Below, piece after piece: positions 33,093-43,816 of a stretch of 64,000 nucleotides of DNA (its first letter is position 1; each line of letters opens with the position of its first letter). The notes beneath the pieces were generated by a model. That model was not told the origin of the DNA. It saw nothing but the letters and a program-made list of their open reading frames with translations, and made no database searches. Location: assembly GCA_963726455.1 (NCBI GenBank), contig CAVSCK010000005.1, forward strand, positions 64,973-128,972, in the 5' to 3' direction. The translations under genes were made by a program, and so were the position numbers. This DNA is from an uncultured bacterium. Lineage in GTDB: Bacteria; Zixibacteria; MSB-5A5; CAIYYT01.

Positions 33093-35420
33093 TTAATTCC
33101 TTCTTGTTGTTCGCGCTGCGGCCACAATCTGACCCAGTGCGATGCCGCCGTCGTTGGGTGGAATCCGCTGATGCCAATAGGGCTGGAATCCTTCGGCGCG
33201 CAGTCGTGCAATAACATGCTCAGTCAGATACCTGTTTTGAAAACTACCGCCGCTAATCACAATTCTCTGCTGCCCGAATTCTCTCGCTACCGCAATCATC
33301 ATTTCGACCAGTGCGTTGTGAAACTTCGCGGCAGGGACCGACACCGGTGTGCCGTTGTCCCTCTCGGCAAGAACGCTCTCGACGAGCGGTTGCCAGTCCA
33401 CAATGAATGTAGTCTCGTTCTTGACAATTTCAAACGGATAGGATTCATCCGTTTGCGCGTCACCGATTGCGAATTCCAGCGCCATTGCCGCCTCGCCCTC
33501 GAACGTAGCTCGTTGACAAAGTCCAAGCAAAGACGCAACGGCATCAAACAGTCGCCCGGCGCTTGATGTCAGAGGTGCGTTGAGTTGCCGGCTGAGCATA
33601 CCCCGCATTACCGAAAGTTCGGAACTGTTGAATACTATCGTCTTCAGGAGATCGCCCCTGTCGAACATCCGTTCTCCGTACAATTCAAACAACACTCCCA
33701 GCGCCGACCGGCGCGGTTCACGGATTGCGGAATCTCCGCCCGGCAATGGAAACGTTCTCAAATGTGCTACTCGCCTAAAATTCGTGTCGTTGATCTGCAG
33801 AAATTCTCCACCCCAGATTGACCCATCCGGGCCGAGACCGGTGCCATCCCAGGCGATACCCAACACCGGTGCTTCGACTTCATTGTCCGCCATGCAACTC
33901 AAGATATGTGCGTATTGATGCTGTACGGTTAGGACAGGAACCACATATTCGTGTGCCTTGCGAGTCGAGAGATAATCGGGGTGAAGATCACACGCGACAA
34001 CTTCGGGCGTGACGTCATATAAAGCAGGCAAATCTGTGAGCACATTAACGAAAGCCTCATAGGCCTCTGCCGTTTCCAAGTCTCCGATATGTTGGCTGAC
34101 GAAAACGTCCCGCCCCAGCGACAACGCCACGCTGTTCTTAAGCTGTGCTCCGACTGCGATGGCTGACGGCAAGGAATGACTCAGCGTTATCGGCAGTGGC
34201 GCGTACCCACGGGCGCGACGGGTAACCTGCTCGCGGCCTGCCACGATTCGCACGATTGAATCATCGACATGACGCCTGATCGGCCGGTCGTGCACCAGAA
34301 ACGAATCGGCAATCTCTGCAAGCCGACGCAGCGCCTCGAATTCGTCGGTGCATATTGGTTCTTCCGCCAAATTGGCGCTGGTTGCTACGACCGGAAATCC
34401 AAGCTCTTGCATCAACAAGTGGTGCAGTGGTGTGTAAGGCAGCATGACGCCCAGGTATGGATTGCCGGGTGCAACATCGGGGTCGACCAGAGCAGCGCCG
34501 CGTAGTCTGCGTAACAAAACGATCGGCGACTCAACTGAGGTCAGCGAACATTGTTCAATCGCGCTCAGTTCACATGCTTCTTCTACCGATTCCAGTGTCG
34601 GAAACATCAGGGCGAACGGTTTGGCGCTGCGATGCTTTCGTTCGCGCAGCCGCATTATCGCGTCGCGATTGCGCGCGTCGACCATCAAATGAAATCCGCC
34701 GAGGCCTTTAACCGCGACAATATCGCCCGCCTTGATAGCATCTGCGGCCGCCAGCAGTGCTTCATCCTTGCGTGCCTGAACTGCACCGCCACCGTCCCAC
34801 CATTCCAGTTGCGGGCCGCAGTCGGGACAGGCATTCGGTTGTGCATGGAAACGCCGGTCCGAAGGATTCTCGTACTCTTCCCGGCAGAGCTGACACATGA
34901 CGAACTTCTTCATCGTCGTGTTGGCCCGGTCATACGGCAGCGACTCAATAATCGTGTATCTCGGCCCGCAGTTGGTACAATTCGTGAACGGATAGCGAAA
35001 GCGGCGGTTGCTCGGATCACGAATATCGCCGAGGCAGTCGGGGCACGTGGCAATATCCGGCAAGACATAGGCCGACTTACCGCCAGTCGCCACGCTGGCG
35101 CGGATTTCGAAAACTGAATAACCAACGGGATCGAGTTGCGACACTTCGCAACTCTGCACAAAGGCGCGTGGCGGTAACTCCGATATCAGACGCTTGCGAA
35201 ACATATCCAGCGCTTCTTGTGACGCCTCGATTTCGATAATCACTCCCTGCGAAGTGTTGGTGACGTAACCCCGCAATTCCAGATCCTGCGCCAGCCGATA
35301 TACGAACGGCCGAAATCCGACGCCCTGCACGGCGCCACGAATAGCAAATCGCAGCCGCTGCTGCTCATACTTCGGTATTGACTGTGCGGATTTCGGAATC
35401 ATACTGTTCATGCGCGGCAA
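33093..35420 (-). CDS. hypF: carbamoyltransferase HypF
   Basis: 775 aa; acylphosphatase domain, two CxxC zinc fingers, YrdC and Kae1-like domains. Confidence 0.95.
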   Translation of the reverse strand: MPRMNSMIPKSAQSIPKYEQQRLRFAIRGAVQGVGFRPFVYRLAQDLELRGYVTNTSQGVIIEIEASQEALDMFRKRLISELPPRAFVQSCEVSQLDPVGYSVFEIRASVATGGKSAYVLPDIATCPDCLGDIRDPSNRRFRYPFTNCTNCGPRYTIIESLPYDRANTTMKKFVMCQLCREEYENPSDRRFHAQPNACPDCGPQLEWWDGGGAVQARKDEALLAAADAIKAGDIVAVKGLGGFHLMVDARNRDAIMRLRERKHRSAKPFALMFPTLESVEEACELSAIEQCSLTSVESPIVLLRRLRGAALVDPDVAPGNPYLGVMLPYTPLHHLLMQELGFPVVATSANLAEEPICTDEFEALRRLAEIADSFLVHDRPIRRHVDDSIVRIVAGREQVTRRARGYAPLPITLSHSLPSAIAVGAQLKNSVALSLGRDVFVSQHIGDLETAEAYEAFVNVLTDLPALYDVTPEVVACDLHPDYLSTRKAHEYVVPVLTVQHQYAHILSCMADNEVEAPVLGIAWDGTGLGPDGSIWGGEFLQINDTNFRRVAHLRTFPLPGGDSAIREPRRSALGVLFELYGERMFDRGDLLKTIVFNSSELSVMRGMLSRQLNAPLTSSAGRLFDAVASLLGLCQRATFEGEAAMALEFAIGDAQTDESYPFEIVKNETTFIVDWQPLVESVLAERDNGTPVSVPAAKFHNALVEMMIAVAREFGQQRIVISGGSFQNRYLTEHVIARLRAEGFQPYWHQRIPPNDGGIALGQIVAAARTTRRN

Positions 35421-35438
35421 TTGCGCCCGGAAAGAAGT

Positions 35439-35945
35439 TTAGACCGTCTCTGTGAACGCCATCTCGTTGAGATCGTTCATAACCCGCGCGACCACGTCGT
35501 TGACCGCACTCACCACCGATTGCGTCAGTCCGTTGCCTGCGGAAAAATCGGCCCCCTCGATACCGTAAACCACCAACCGTTCCGGCAATCGCCCGAGTGC
35601 GCGCGCCAACTCCACGGCCTCAGCGACACTGAAGGCATGCGTGGAGTAATTGAAGAAATCGCTCGGAATTGGAACCCGGGCGGCATCAAATCGATAGATG
35701 AGTCCCGGCGTTGACGACGATTGTGCTGCGTCTATGATGATAACTGTATCTGCTTCGCCAAAACGCTCCAACAGTGACACGCCCTCACCTGAATGGACGA
35801 CGGCGTTTACGCGCGGCAGTGTCAGCGCCGCGATTCGGTTCGCAACCGCAATACCGGCAGCGTCATCGTGTCGGAACTCGTTGCCGACCCCAATTACCAA
35901 AGCAGTGTTGCGCCGGACGGTCGAGTCGTCATCAGTCGCCGCCAT
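35439..35945 (-). CDS. hydrogenase maturation endopeptidase
   Basis: 168 aa; LVIGVGNEFRHDDAAG motif. Confidence 0.8.
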   Translation of the reverse strand: MAATDDDSTVRRNTALVIGVGNEFRHDDAAGIAVANRIAALTLPRVNAVVHSGEGVSLLERFGEADTVIIIDAAQSSSTPGLIYRFDAARVPIPSDFFNYSTHAFSVAEAVELARALGRLPERLVVYGIEGADFSAGNGLTQSVVSAVNDVVARVMNDLNEMAFTETV

Positions 35946-35951
35946 TTTGCA

Positions 35952-37244
35952 TCACCGCCTGTCGATCTTCAGTTTCAGGAAATGTGTCGCGCAGGAAATG
36001 CACGGATCATAGTTGCGCACCGCCTGCTCGCATTGCCAGGTCAGATTCTCGTCCGACAGATGGATATGCCGTGGCACGAATTCCGCCAGATCATTCTCGA
36101 TTGTCTTTTGGTTCTGCGATGTCGGCGGCACGATCTTGGCCTCGGTTATCTTGCCTTTTTCGTCGACACGATACCGATGATAGCAGATACCGCGGGGTGC
36201 TTCCGAGCAGCCGCATCCGACCCCGGCGCGTTTCTTAAATTCGACTGCCGGTTTCTCCGGCTTCTCATAATTTGCGATAATTCGTAATGCCTCATCACAG
36301 GCATAGACCGTCTCAATGCTGCGCACGATTATGCCTTTGAAGGGATTGCGACAGCTATTGCCCAGGCCGACCTCTCTGGCGACCTGCTGCGGCACCGGCG
36401 ACAGTCGGTCGAAATTGAGATTGAAGCGCGCCAACGGCCCCACGAAGTAAGCGCCACGCGCTCTGATTACGGAGTGTAGAGCGTGAGAATGCTTGACGTG
36501 CTCCTCCGCAAAATGCTGCTCGTACTCCTTGATCTCGATATCCAGCCCGCGATTCGACACCAGTCGTCCTTCGATGAGTGGATACTCATCCGGATGCCGC
36601 ATGGCGACGAATTCGTAGTCACGCTCAAAATCCGGAAACTTGAAGGTCGCCACCCATTTTGACGTTTCGATTGCGGCATCGCGAGCCCATTTGAGTTCCT
36701 CCGCGATCGAAGCCAATTGCGACTTTTCCGGCGCCTTGTAGAATCCGCCGACGCGCACGTTGATCGGATGAATTTCGCGTCCGCCAATCAGCGTCATAAG
36801 ATCATTCCCGCATTTCTTGAGGCGCAGACCCCGCTTGACGATGTCGGGATAATCCTTCGCCAGTTGAATGGCGTCGGGATAGCCAAGGAAATCAGGCGCG
36901 TGCAGCATGTAGATATGCAGCGCGTGGCTTTCGATCCACTCGCCGCAGTATATTAGGCGCCGCAGCGCGCGTAGTTGTCCATCGACCGTGACACCGAATA
37001 TCTGTTCCATCGCGCTCACCGCGCTCATTTGATAGGCAATCGGGCAGATTCCGCAGATGCGTGCGGCAATGTCGGGCGCTTCGGCATAATGACGGCCACG
37101 CATAAATGCCTCGAAGAAACGCGGCGGTTCGAAAATCTTCAGTTTCACGTCTTCCACGCGGTCGTCTTTGATCTTCACATAGAGCGATCCTTCGCCTTCG
37201 ACTCGCGCCAGATAATCGACCTTGATCGTTCTGCTATCTTTCAT
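35952..37244 (-). CDS. hydA: [NiFe]-hydrogenase large (alpha) subunit, group 3b-like
   Basis: N-terminal RICGICP and C-terminal DPCISCATH nickel-binding motifs; 430 aa. Confidence 0.93.
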   Translation of the reverse strand: MKDSRTIKVDYLARVEGEGSLYVKIKDDRVEDVKLKIFEPPRFFEAFMRGRHYAEAPDIAARICGICPIAYQMSAVSAMEQIFGVTVDGQLRALRRLIYCGEWIESHALHIYMLHAPDFLGYPDAIQLAKDYPDIVKRGLRLKKCGNDLMTLIGGREIHPINVRVGGFYKAPEKSQLASIAEELKWARDAAIETSKWVATFKFPDFERDYEFVAMRHPDEYPLIEGRLVSNRGLDIEIKEYEQHFAEEHVKHSHALHSVIRARGAYFVGPLARFNLNFDRLSPVPQQVAREVGLGNSCRNPFKGIIVRSIETVYACDEALRIIANYEKPEKPAVEFKKRAGVGCGCSEAPRGICYHRYRVDEKGKITEAKIVPPTSQNQKTIENDLAEFVPRHIHLSDENLTWQCEQAVRNYDPCISCATHFLKLKIDRR

Positions 37245-38013
37245 GAGCTTCGCTCTCTTTCCGGAAGGTCTCCGAATAGGAGTTGTAACTCCGATACAGC
37301 CGCACGAGATAATCTTCGTTGACGCCGATTTTGCTGAATTGCTCGCTCATCGACATGGTATTCGGGGTCTCTTTCGGTCCGAAACAACCGTAGCAGCCAC
37401 GGCTGAATGACGGGCAGATGGCGCCGCAACCGGCCTGCGTCACCGGTCCCATGCAGGGTTTCCCCTGCGCCACCATCACACAAGGCGTGCCTTTCAATTT
37501 GCATTGCAGGCAGACGGAATGCGGCGGCGTGTTCGGCTTGCGGCCGTTGAGGAAAGCGCTGAGCACTTCCACCAACTGCGCTTTGTTGATCGGGCAGCCA
37601 CGCAATTCGAAATCGACCAGCACGTGGTAGCCGATCGGAGTTGACTTGTGCAGCGTCTCGATGTACTGCGGCGACGCATAGACGTAATTCGCGTAATCCA
37701 TGACGTTCGCAAAATTGCGAAGCCCCTGAATTCCTCCCGCCGTGGCACAGGCGCCAATCGTGATTAAGAGCTTTGACATCTTGCGCACTTTCTGAATGCG
37801 CTCGGCATCGTGCGAGGTCGTGATCGAGCCTTCGACCAGCGATATATCGTAGGGTCCCTTGACCAAAGCGCGCGTCGCCTCCGGGAAATTGGCGATCTCC
37901 ACCGCATCGGCGATGGCCAGTAGCTCATTTTCGCAATCGAGCAGACTCAGTTGACAGCCGTCACAAGACGCAAATTTCCAGACTGCCACTTTCGGTTTGG
38001 TTTTGGTTGCCAT
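37234..38013 (-). CDS. hydD: [NiFe]-hydrogenase small (delta) subunit
   Basis: ATG 38013; FASCDGCQ and C-terminal Cys clusters of the FeS-carrying small subunit. Confidence 0.88.
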   Translation of the reverse strand: MATKTKPKVAVWKFASCDGCQLSLLDCENELLAIADAVEIANFPEATRALVKGPYDISLVEGSITTSHDAERIQKVRKMSKLLITIGACATAGGIQGLRNFANVMDYANYVYASPQYIETLHKSTPIGYHVLVDFELRGCPINKAQLVEVLSAFLNGRKPNTPPHSVCLQCKLKGTPCVMVAQGKPCMGPVTQAGCGAICPSFSRGCYGCFGPKETPNTMSMSEQFSKIGVNEDYLVRLYRSYNSYSETFRKESEAHER

Positions 38014-38014
38014 A

Positions 38015-38884
38015 TCAGATTTCCCGCCTTCCCAGCAATTCAATTACCTTATCGTAACTGAACACCGGCCCGTCCTTGCAGACGAAGGTCGGCCCGAACT
38101 GGCAATGTCCACACAGCCCGACGCCACACTTCATATTTCGCTCCATCGATACGTAGATTCGTTCCAGCCCGAGGTCCTGCTTGATCAAACCCATCGCCAC
38201 GAAGCGCATCATGATTTCCGGGCCGCAAATCATCGCCGTGGTGTTTTCGGGATCGAAAGCCGCCTTCCTGAGCAGTGAGGTCACGACGCCGACATTGCCC
38301 CGCCAGCCGCTCGATGCGCGGTCGACGGTGACGTGTACTTCCAGGTCAAAGCGGGAGCGCCACTTTTCCAGTTCCGTGACATAGAGCATGTCATCCGGCG
38401 TTCTGGTGCCGTACAGCAGGAAAACCCGGTTGTATTTTTTGCGCTCGGCCAGAACCTGATAGACTACCGGCCGCAAAGGCGCCAGTCCAATACCGCCCGC
38501 GATTATCAGTACATCCCCACCGGCTGCCTGTGTCACCGGCCAGGCGGCGCCAAAGGGACCGCGCACGCCGATGGTGTCACCGGCCTTTAGCTTCGCCATC
38601 GCTTTAGTGACCGAACCGACGGCACGGATTGTATGAATCAAGGTTGCCGGCTTGGTCGGATCGCCGCTGATCGAGATTGCCGCTTCGCCAACGCCGAACT
38701 TGTATAGCATATTGAATTGCCCCGCGACGAATTTATGTTCTGCCGTTCCGTCAACGGGTTTGAGTTCCAGAGTGAACGTATCGTGTGTCTCTTTGCGATA
38801 CTTTTCGATGCGATACGTCCTCGGCAGCATCGAGTTGCTGCGGCCTGCCGGTGTTGAGGCCTTAGTTTCAAGCACGGGTTCCAT
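38015..38884 (-). CDS. hydG: hydrogenase gamma subunit (FAD/NAD-binding with C-terminal 2Fe-2S)
   Basis: Ferredoxin-reductase-like fold; C-terminal [10 protein letters not shown]. Confidence 0.8.
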   Translation of the reverse strand: MEPVLETKASTPAGRSNSMLPRTYRIEKYRKETHDTFTLELKPVDGTAEHKFVAGQFNMLYKFGVGEAAISISGDPTKPATLIHTIRAVGSVTKAMAKLKAGDTIGVRGPFGAAWPVTQAAGGDVLIIAGGIGLAPLRPVVYQVLAERKKYNRVFLLYGTRTPDDMLYVTELEKWRSRFDLEVHVTVDRASSGWRGNVGVVTSLLRKAAFDPENTTAMICGPEIMMRFVAMGLIKQDLGLERIYVSMERNMKCGVGLCGHCQFGPTFVCKDGPVFSYDKVIELLGRREI

Positions 38885-39329
38885 ATATGTCCAACAATTG
38901 AAGTCTGGTTGCCGACAGGCGCTCGGCGATAATCTTCACGAAGCGCTTGAGTAACTCATATCCGAGGTCATGGTCTTCATCCAGCTTGCTGCGCAGGCAC
39001 AAGGCATCGAATCGAATTGCACGTGTGAGTTCCACCGCCCGCGCGTCGAAGTGCGCCCGATACGGAGGTAGCAGCCACGACCAGCCGGTGACGTCGCCGT
39101 CCTCCAAAGTTTCGACGGTTATCGGACCGTGCGTAGGGCTGAATAGCTCCAGCGCGACTTTGCCTTGACGAATGATGTAAAATTCGGATGCTTCCTGACC
39201 TTCGCGGGAAATAAACTCGCCGGCATCAAACTTGACATTCGAGGCGCAGCCCAGGAGCAAATGCAATTGCTCATGGGGCAAGCCCTTAAAGAACGGATGT
39301 GCCGCCAGTATCGGTTCCAATGTCTCCAT
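38868..39329 (-). CDS. cyclic nucleotide-binding domain protein (stand-alone, no HTH)
   Basis: 153 aa; cNMP-binding beta-roll (FISREGQEASEFYIIRQGKV); sits between the beta and gamma subunit genes and overlaps the gamma start. Confidence 0.75.
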   Translation of the reverse strand: METLEPILAAHPFFKGLPHEQLHLLLGCASNVKFDAGEFISREGQEASEFYIIRQGKVALELFSPTHGPITVETLEDGDVTGWSWLLPPYRAHFDARAVELTRAIRFDALCLRSKLDEDHDLGYELLKRFVKIIAERLSATRLQLLDIYGTRA

Positions 39330-39330
39330 C

Positions 39331-40530
39331 CTAATGCTCCTTTATTGCCATTGTCGCTTTTTCTCGCTTGTCGCTCGCCCGGATCGCCCGCGCTTCCTCC
39401 GTGATATCGATACCAACCGGGCACCAGGTAATACACCGACCGCAACCGACGCATCCCGACATGCCGAACTGATCCTGCCACGCCGCCAGCTTATGCGTCA
39501 TCCACTGCCGATACCGCGCCCTGGTGGAGGTCCTGATGCTGCCACCGTGTATGTAAGAGAAGTCCAGCGTGAAGCAAGAGTCCCATCGCCTGATGCGTTC
39601 TGCAGTTGTTCCAGCCAGATCGGTGATGTCATTGACCGTCATGCAGAAACAGGTCGGGCAGACCATTGTACAATTGCAGCAGGTAAGACAACGCGCCGCA
39701 ACATTGTCCCAGCGCGGATGTTCGATATTGCGATACAGCAATTCGTAGATACCGTTCGTGTCCAGTTGGCGTCCCATGTTCTCGGACGACTTCTTCATGA
39801 GTTCAAACACGGTCTGCTTTTCTTCGGCGGTAGCGATTTGATTACTGACTTTGCTGATCACCGCGGCGCCTTTGTCGCTTCCCGATTCCACCACAAAATA
39901 GTGACGGGCCTTATCGACAACTTCCGTTAGCGCCAGGTCAAATCCCGAGGAAACTCTCGGACCGGTCCTCATCGAAACGCAAAAACAGGTTCCCCGCGTC
40001 ACGGTGCAGTTGACGGCCACGATGAATACTTTCTCACGGCGGGCTCGGTAAACCGGATCGGCGTGTTCTCCCTGCATAAAGATCTTGTCCTGCGTCGCGA
40101 TGGCATTTAACTCGCATGAACGCACGCCGATAAAGGCGTACTTGGGAGTTTCCTCTTTCTCTTCAATGATGGTCACTTGCCGATTTTCCAGATTCGCCTT
40201 CCACAAACGCAGAGTCGGTGGAAACAGGAACTTCTTCCATGATTGCGGACCGACTACATAGCCAAAGAATGCCGAATCCTTACGCTGAATCAGACGATAG
40301 TATCCGCCGTCCTGCTCGTCAGTCCACCCGATCGGAAGGTCGTCGGTTGAGTTCAACTCGTCATACACGATCGCTTCATCGCGAACGGTCGGCCCCATCA
40401 ACCGGTAGCCCTGCTCCTGCAGCACTGTGAACAGCGTTTGCAGTTGTTCACGTTGCAACGTAACTTGCTGATCAGTCTCTACTGCCGATTCCAACATTTG
40501 ATTATCTTCCTTCGTGAAGTTAGTCCCCAA
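39331..40530 (-). CDS. hydB: hydrogenase beta subunit (4Fe-4S protein, AsrA-like)
   Basis: 399 aa; Cys clusters [16 protein letters not shown] and [12 protein letters not shown]. Confidence 0.8.
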   Translation of the reverse strand: MGTNFTKEDNQMLESAVETDQQVTLQREQLQTLFTVLQEQGYRLMGPTVRDEAIVYDELNSTDDLPIGWTDEQDGGYYRLIQRKDSAFFGYVVGPQSWKKFLFPPTLRLWKANLENRQVTIIEEKEETPKYAFIGVRSCELNAIATQDKIFMQGEHADPVYRARREKVFIVAVNCTVTRGTCFCVSMRTGPRVSSGFDLALTEVVDKARHYFVVESGSDKGAAVISKVSNQIATAEEKQTVFELMKKSSENMGRQLDTNGIYELLYRNIEHPRWDNVAARCLTCCNCTMVCPTCFCMTVNDITDLAGTTAERIRRWDSCFTLDFSYIHGGSIRTSTRARYRQWMTHKLAAWQDQFGMSGCVGCGRCITWCPVGIDITEEARAIRASDKREKATMAIKEH

Positions 40531-40735
40531 TGATTTCCCCCGCAGCGTTCATCAATTCTGAATTCAGCCGACTAATGATAACGACTGGACTTCCTAATAT
40601 CACTGAATTGCAGACAGCGATCATCAACTATTCACCACTTGTCCGATCCGCGCCGTTCCTGCCAACCATTCTGGCCGGCAGGCGGATCGTCGCGAATCAC
40701 TTTTCCGCATTGAAAATAGCTTAGTTTGGGCCAAA

Positions 40736-40775
40736 TGTCACGGGGAAAAAGTGACAGATTGTGAAAAAAATCGCA
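40736..40775 (-). promoter_or_regulatory. paired inverted repeats upstream of the hydrogenase operon (candidate CRP/FNR-type operator)
   Basis: TGTCAC-N9-GTGACA at 40736-40756 followed immediately by TGTGA-N6-TCGCA at 40760-40775 (one mismatch to TGTGA-N6-TCACA); about 200-240 nt upstream of the first hydrogenase gene. Confidence 0.4.
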
Positions 40776-40911
40776 ATCTCTGCACGCAATGCGTTGCGCC
40801 ACAACATATTCTGCATTAAAGAAATAACTATAATGTGGCAAACCGAGGAAGGCAAGTGAGACTTCCAAAGCCATAATGTCTATCGGGAGGAATTTAGTTG
40901 TCCAGTGTTAA

Positions 40912-40954
40912 TGCTGCAAATGAAAACGGACGAACATTGCTTGTCCGTCCGTTT
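40912..40954 (-). terminator. rho-independent terminator downstream of the cytochrome gene
   Basis: AACGGACGAACA / TGTCCGTCCGTT stem (one mismatch); on the minus strand followed by TTTTCATTTG. Confidence 0.55.
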
Positions 40955-40998
40955 AGAAATCTAATCTACGCACCACCAAGCGCTTCGTTAAGCCGTCG

Positions 40999-42546
40999 TC
41001 ACGGCTGCACGCCCGTGTGACACTCGGAGCAATTCATTTCCTTCCAGGCATCGCTGATGTCAACCGGATGCGAAAACTCCAGACCGGCCTCGGTAGTTGC
41101 GACCTGCAAACTGTCGGGCCTTCCCTGCAGCAAGATGGCATGACACGAATTGCATTCACGCGTCACGATCAAACCATCCGAGCTTTTGTGCTTGCCGTCG
41201 TGGCAACGGAAACATCCCTTGTTAATGAAATGCCCAATGTTGTTCGGATACACTGCCCAGCGAGCTTTCATCGTCGGGAAAATATTCTTCGAATACGCTT
41301 CCTGTGCGGCCGCAATCGCCTTATCGATGTTTGCTTCATTCGCCGAGAAGTATGCCGCATCCCGCGCTTTATAGAAATCGTTGATCGTGCTGGCGATTCC
41401 GGCATAAGCGTCATCCTTGGTGTCGTATTCCTTCGCAATCGCTTCGACCGCAATTTTCTTGATCTCCGGCAGCTTCCGATCGATTCGTTCTTCCAGCAGC
41501 ATTTCGTCGATGGCATAATCCGGGGAATTAAAGATATGGCTCGGGCGGTTGTGGCAATCTACGCAGTCCATTCTCCGCTTGACGGCTTTGTTGATTTCAT
41601 CCTCAGTGAGCGGAGTCTCGGTATCCTGATAGACTGTCACTCGCTTGGTCCGCTTGTCGGTGATTCTCACCCAGGGAATATCCTGCCGCTTTTCGTCGCG
41701 CGGGATGTACTCGATGTCGACGCCGACATTCATATGCCAGTGAATTCCTGCGGTGTATCCCGGTTTGGGATCGCTGCCGCCGACCTTGACCAGCATATTG
41801 ATCGTCCAGGGCGTGCTCGTTTCGTCGTATTGGTACTGTTTGAATTCACGCTGCTGGGAACCGAATCTTTTCTCGGGCCAATGGCAGCGCTCGCACGTTT
41901 CCTGGGCCGGGCGCAGGTTGGTGATCGGCGTCGGAATCGGCCGCGGATATTTGTTCGCGACAACGGCGTAAACCTGATAAGCGCCCGACAATTTCGATTT
42001 GGCGTACCAACTGGCGCCATACCCGACATGGCACTCGGCGCACGACACCCGCGCATGCGGCGACTGCTGATAGGCCGTGTGTTCCGGTTCCATGACGGAG
42101 TGACAGGTCAGCCCGCAGAAGGCCACCGACTCCGTGTAATGATAGGCCTGATAACTTCCCACCGCGCTGATAACCAGAATCAACACTGTTCCCGACAAAA
42201 AGATGATCGTAGCGTTGCGGTGTCCGGTGCGGTTAAGATCCACCAGCGGCCACTTGGGAATCTCCTGCTCGCCGGTCTTCCGCCAACGCCGCCATTGCCG
42301 GTACATTCCTACCGGAATCAAAAACAATCCAAACACAAACCCGGCGGGTAATACCATGTAAACGAATATTCCGAGGTAGGTGTTCGGCTCCTCGGCGCCG
42401 GCGCTGATAATGAGCAGTACGACAATCGCCAGACCCACGATAACTGCGATGGTAGCGCCCAGGGCGCTCGTCCAGTTCTGAGTGAGGCGCGGTAGTTTAG
42501 GTCTTTCCATAGCTAATTCATTCTCTCCAAAAAATGCACCGACCAT
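40999..42546 (-). CDS. membrane-anchored multihaem c-type cytochrome (seven CxxCH motifs)
   Basis: Two N-terminal TM helices; haem sites CGLTCH, CAECH, CERCH, CVDCH, CFRCH, CNSCH, CSECH; alternative ATG at 42510. Confidence 0.85.
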   Translation of the reverse strand: MVGAFFGENELAMERPKLPRLTQNWTSALGATIAVIVGLAIVVLLIISAGAEEPNTYLGIFVYMVLPAGFVFGLFLIPVGMYRQWRRWRKTGEQEIPKWPLVDLNRTGHRNATIIFLSGTVLILVISAVGSYQAYHYTESVAFCGLTCHSVMEPEHTAYQQSPHARVSCAECHVGYGASWYAKSKLSGAYQVYAVVANKYPRPIPTPITNLRPAQETCERCHWPEKRFGSQQREFKQYQYDETSTPWTINMLVKVGGSDPKPGYTAGIHWHMNVGVDIEYIPRDEKRQDIPWVRITDKRTKRVTVYQDTETPLTEDEINKAVKRRMDCVDCHNRPSHIFNSPDYAIDEMLLEERIDRKLPEIKKIAVEAIAKEYDTKDDAYAGIASTINDFYKARDAAYFSANEANIDKAIAAAQEAYSKNIFPTMKARWAVYPNNIGHFINKGCFRCHDGKHKSSDGLIVTRECNSCHAILLQGRPDSLQVATTEAGLEFSHPVDISDAWKEMNCSECHTGVQP

Positions 42547-42733
42547 TCTGGTCGATGCTCGCGCCAGAATACTATTCTAAGCGGACAAAATCAAGGGATT
42601 TTTCCCGGCCTGCGAGCGACACAATGCCCGCGAACATTCTCCTGAAGAAAGCACTTGCCAAAGCAGACAAGAACTACTATGTTATGTCGTCGCGAGTCAT
42701 TGACCAGATACAATACCCTGCCGGGAGGACAAT

Positions 42734-43723
42734 ATGAGAAGAGCTGTATTGATCGCGCTTGCCATCGTTTCGTTGTCGTTCATCTCATTTCTGACATCGC
42801 CGCAACCCGCCACTGCCGCCGCGATTGTCGCCGATCACACGACGGTCGCGAAGTTCGCGCAGATTCCGCAGGAATATTTCGACCAGATTCGCGCCAATTA
42901 CCGGTTCTTCTATGGCCACACATCTCACGGCAGCCAGATATTGACCGGAATCGGCATGTTGGCGTACGAGTATCCGCTGCAATGCGGCTCGCCGTCATTC
43001 TTCGAGTACGGCGACGATCTTGGCGCCGCCGGAGACATTACCTGGGTGCAGCCGACGCGCGATTTTCTCAATTCCAACCCGGATTACAATGTCGTGATGT
43101 GGTCATGGTGCGGCGGCGTATCCGACAATACTGAGGCCGGTATTAACAGTTATCTCAACGCGATGGAGCAACTCGAAAACGAATTTCCGAATGTCCGATT
43201 CGTATACATGACCGGCCATCTCGACGGCACCGGCGCCGCAGGAAACCTGTATGCGCGGAACAATCAGATTCGCCAGTGGTGTGCCGCAAACGGGAAAGTG
43301 CTTTTCGATTTTGCCGACATCGAGAGCTACGATCCGGATGGCGCGTATTACCCCGACGGCAGCGACGCCTGCGAATGGTGCTATACTTGGTGCGCTACCC
43401 ACACCTGCACTGACTGCGGAGGAAGTTGCGCGCATTCGCATTGTTTCAATTGCTATCAGAAGGCCAAGGCGTGGTGGTGGATTATGGCGCGTGTCGCCGG
43501 CTGGAACACGGATCCGGTTGGCTGCGGAGACGCCAACTCGGACGGTGGCATTGATATCAGTGACGCGGTATTCCTGATTGCCTACATCTTTTCAGGCGGC
43601 CCGGCGCCAAATCCGCTCAATTATGGCGATGCCAACTGCGACGCAGCCATTGACATCTCCGACGCGGTCTACCTGATAAGCTACATCTTCGCCGGCGGCC
43701 CTGCCCCTTGTGCAAGTTGCTAG
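42734..43723 (+). CDS. secreted protein with Cys-rich N-terminal domain of unknown function and C-terminal dockerin-like tandem module
   Basis: Signal peptide; Cys-rich stretch CEWCYTWCATHTCTDCGGSCAHSHCFNCY; C-terminus [27 protein letters not shown]...[32 protein letters not shown]. Confidence 0.6.
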   Translation: MRRAVLIALAIVSLSFISFLTSPQPATAAAIVADHTTVAKFAQIPQEYFDQIRANYRFFYGHTSHGSQILTGIGMLAYEYPLQCGSPSFFEYGDDLGAAGDITWVQPTRDFLNSNPDYNVVMWSWCGGVSDNTEAGINSYLNAMEQLENEFPNVRFVYMTGHLDGTGAAGNLYARNNQIRQWCAANGKVLFDFADIESYDPDGAYYPDGSDACEWCYTWCATHTCTDCGGSCAHSHCFNCYQKAKAWWWIMARVAGWNTDPVGCGDANSDGGIDISDAVFLIAYIFSGGPAPNPLNYGDANCDAAIDISDAVYLISYIFAGGPAPCASC

Positions 43724-43816
43724 CGCACGCAACCCGTCATTGCGAGGCGTGCCCTTGAAGGTGGGAACGAGCGGGGACACGATAAGGCAATCTCTGTTCT
43801 CATTGGTGACGGAAAA

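Noticed and set aside
41017-42351. 444-aa plus-strand ORF opposite the heptahaem cytochrome gene
   Set aside because: The minus-strand frame carries seven CxxCH motifs; the plus-strand frame is an antisense artefact.
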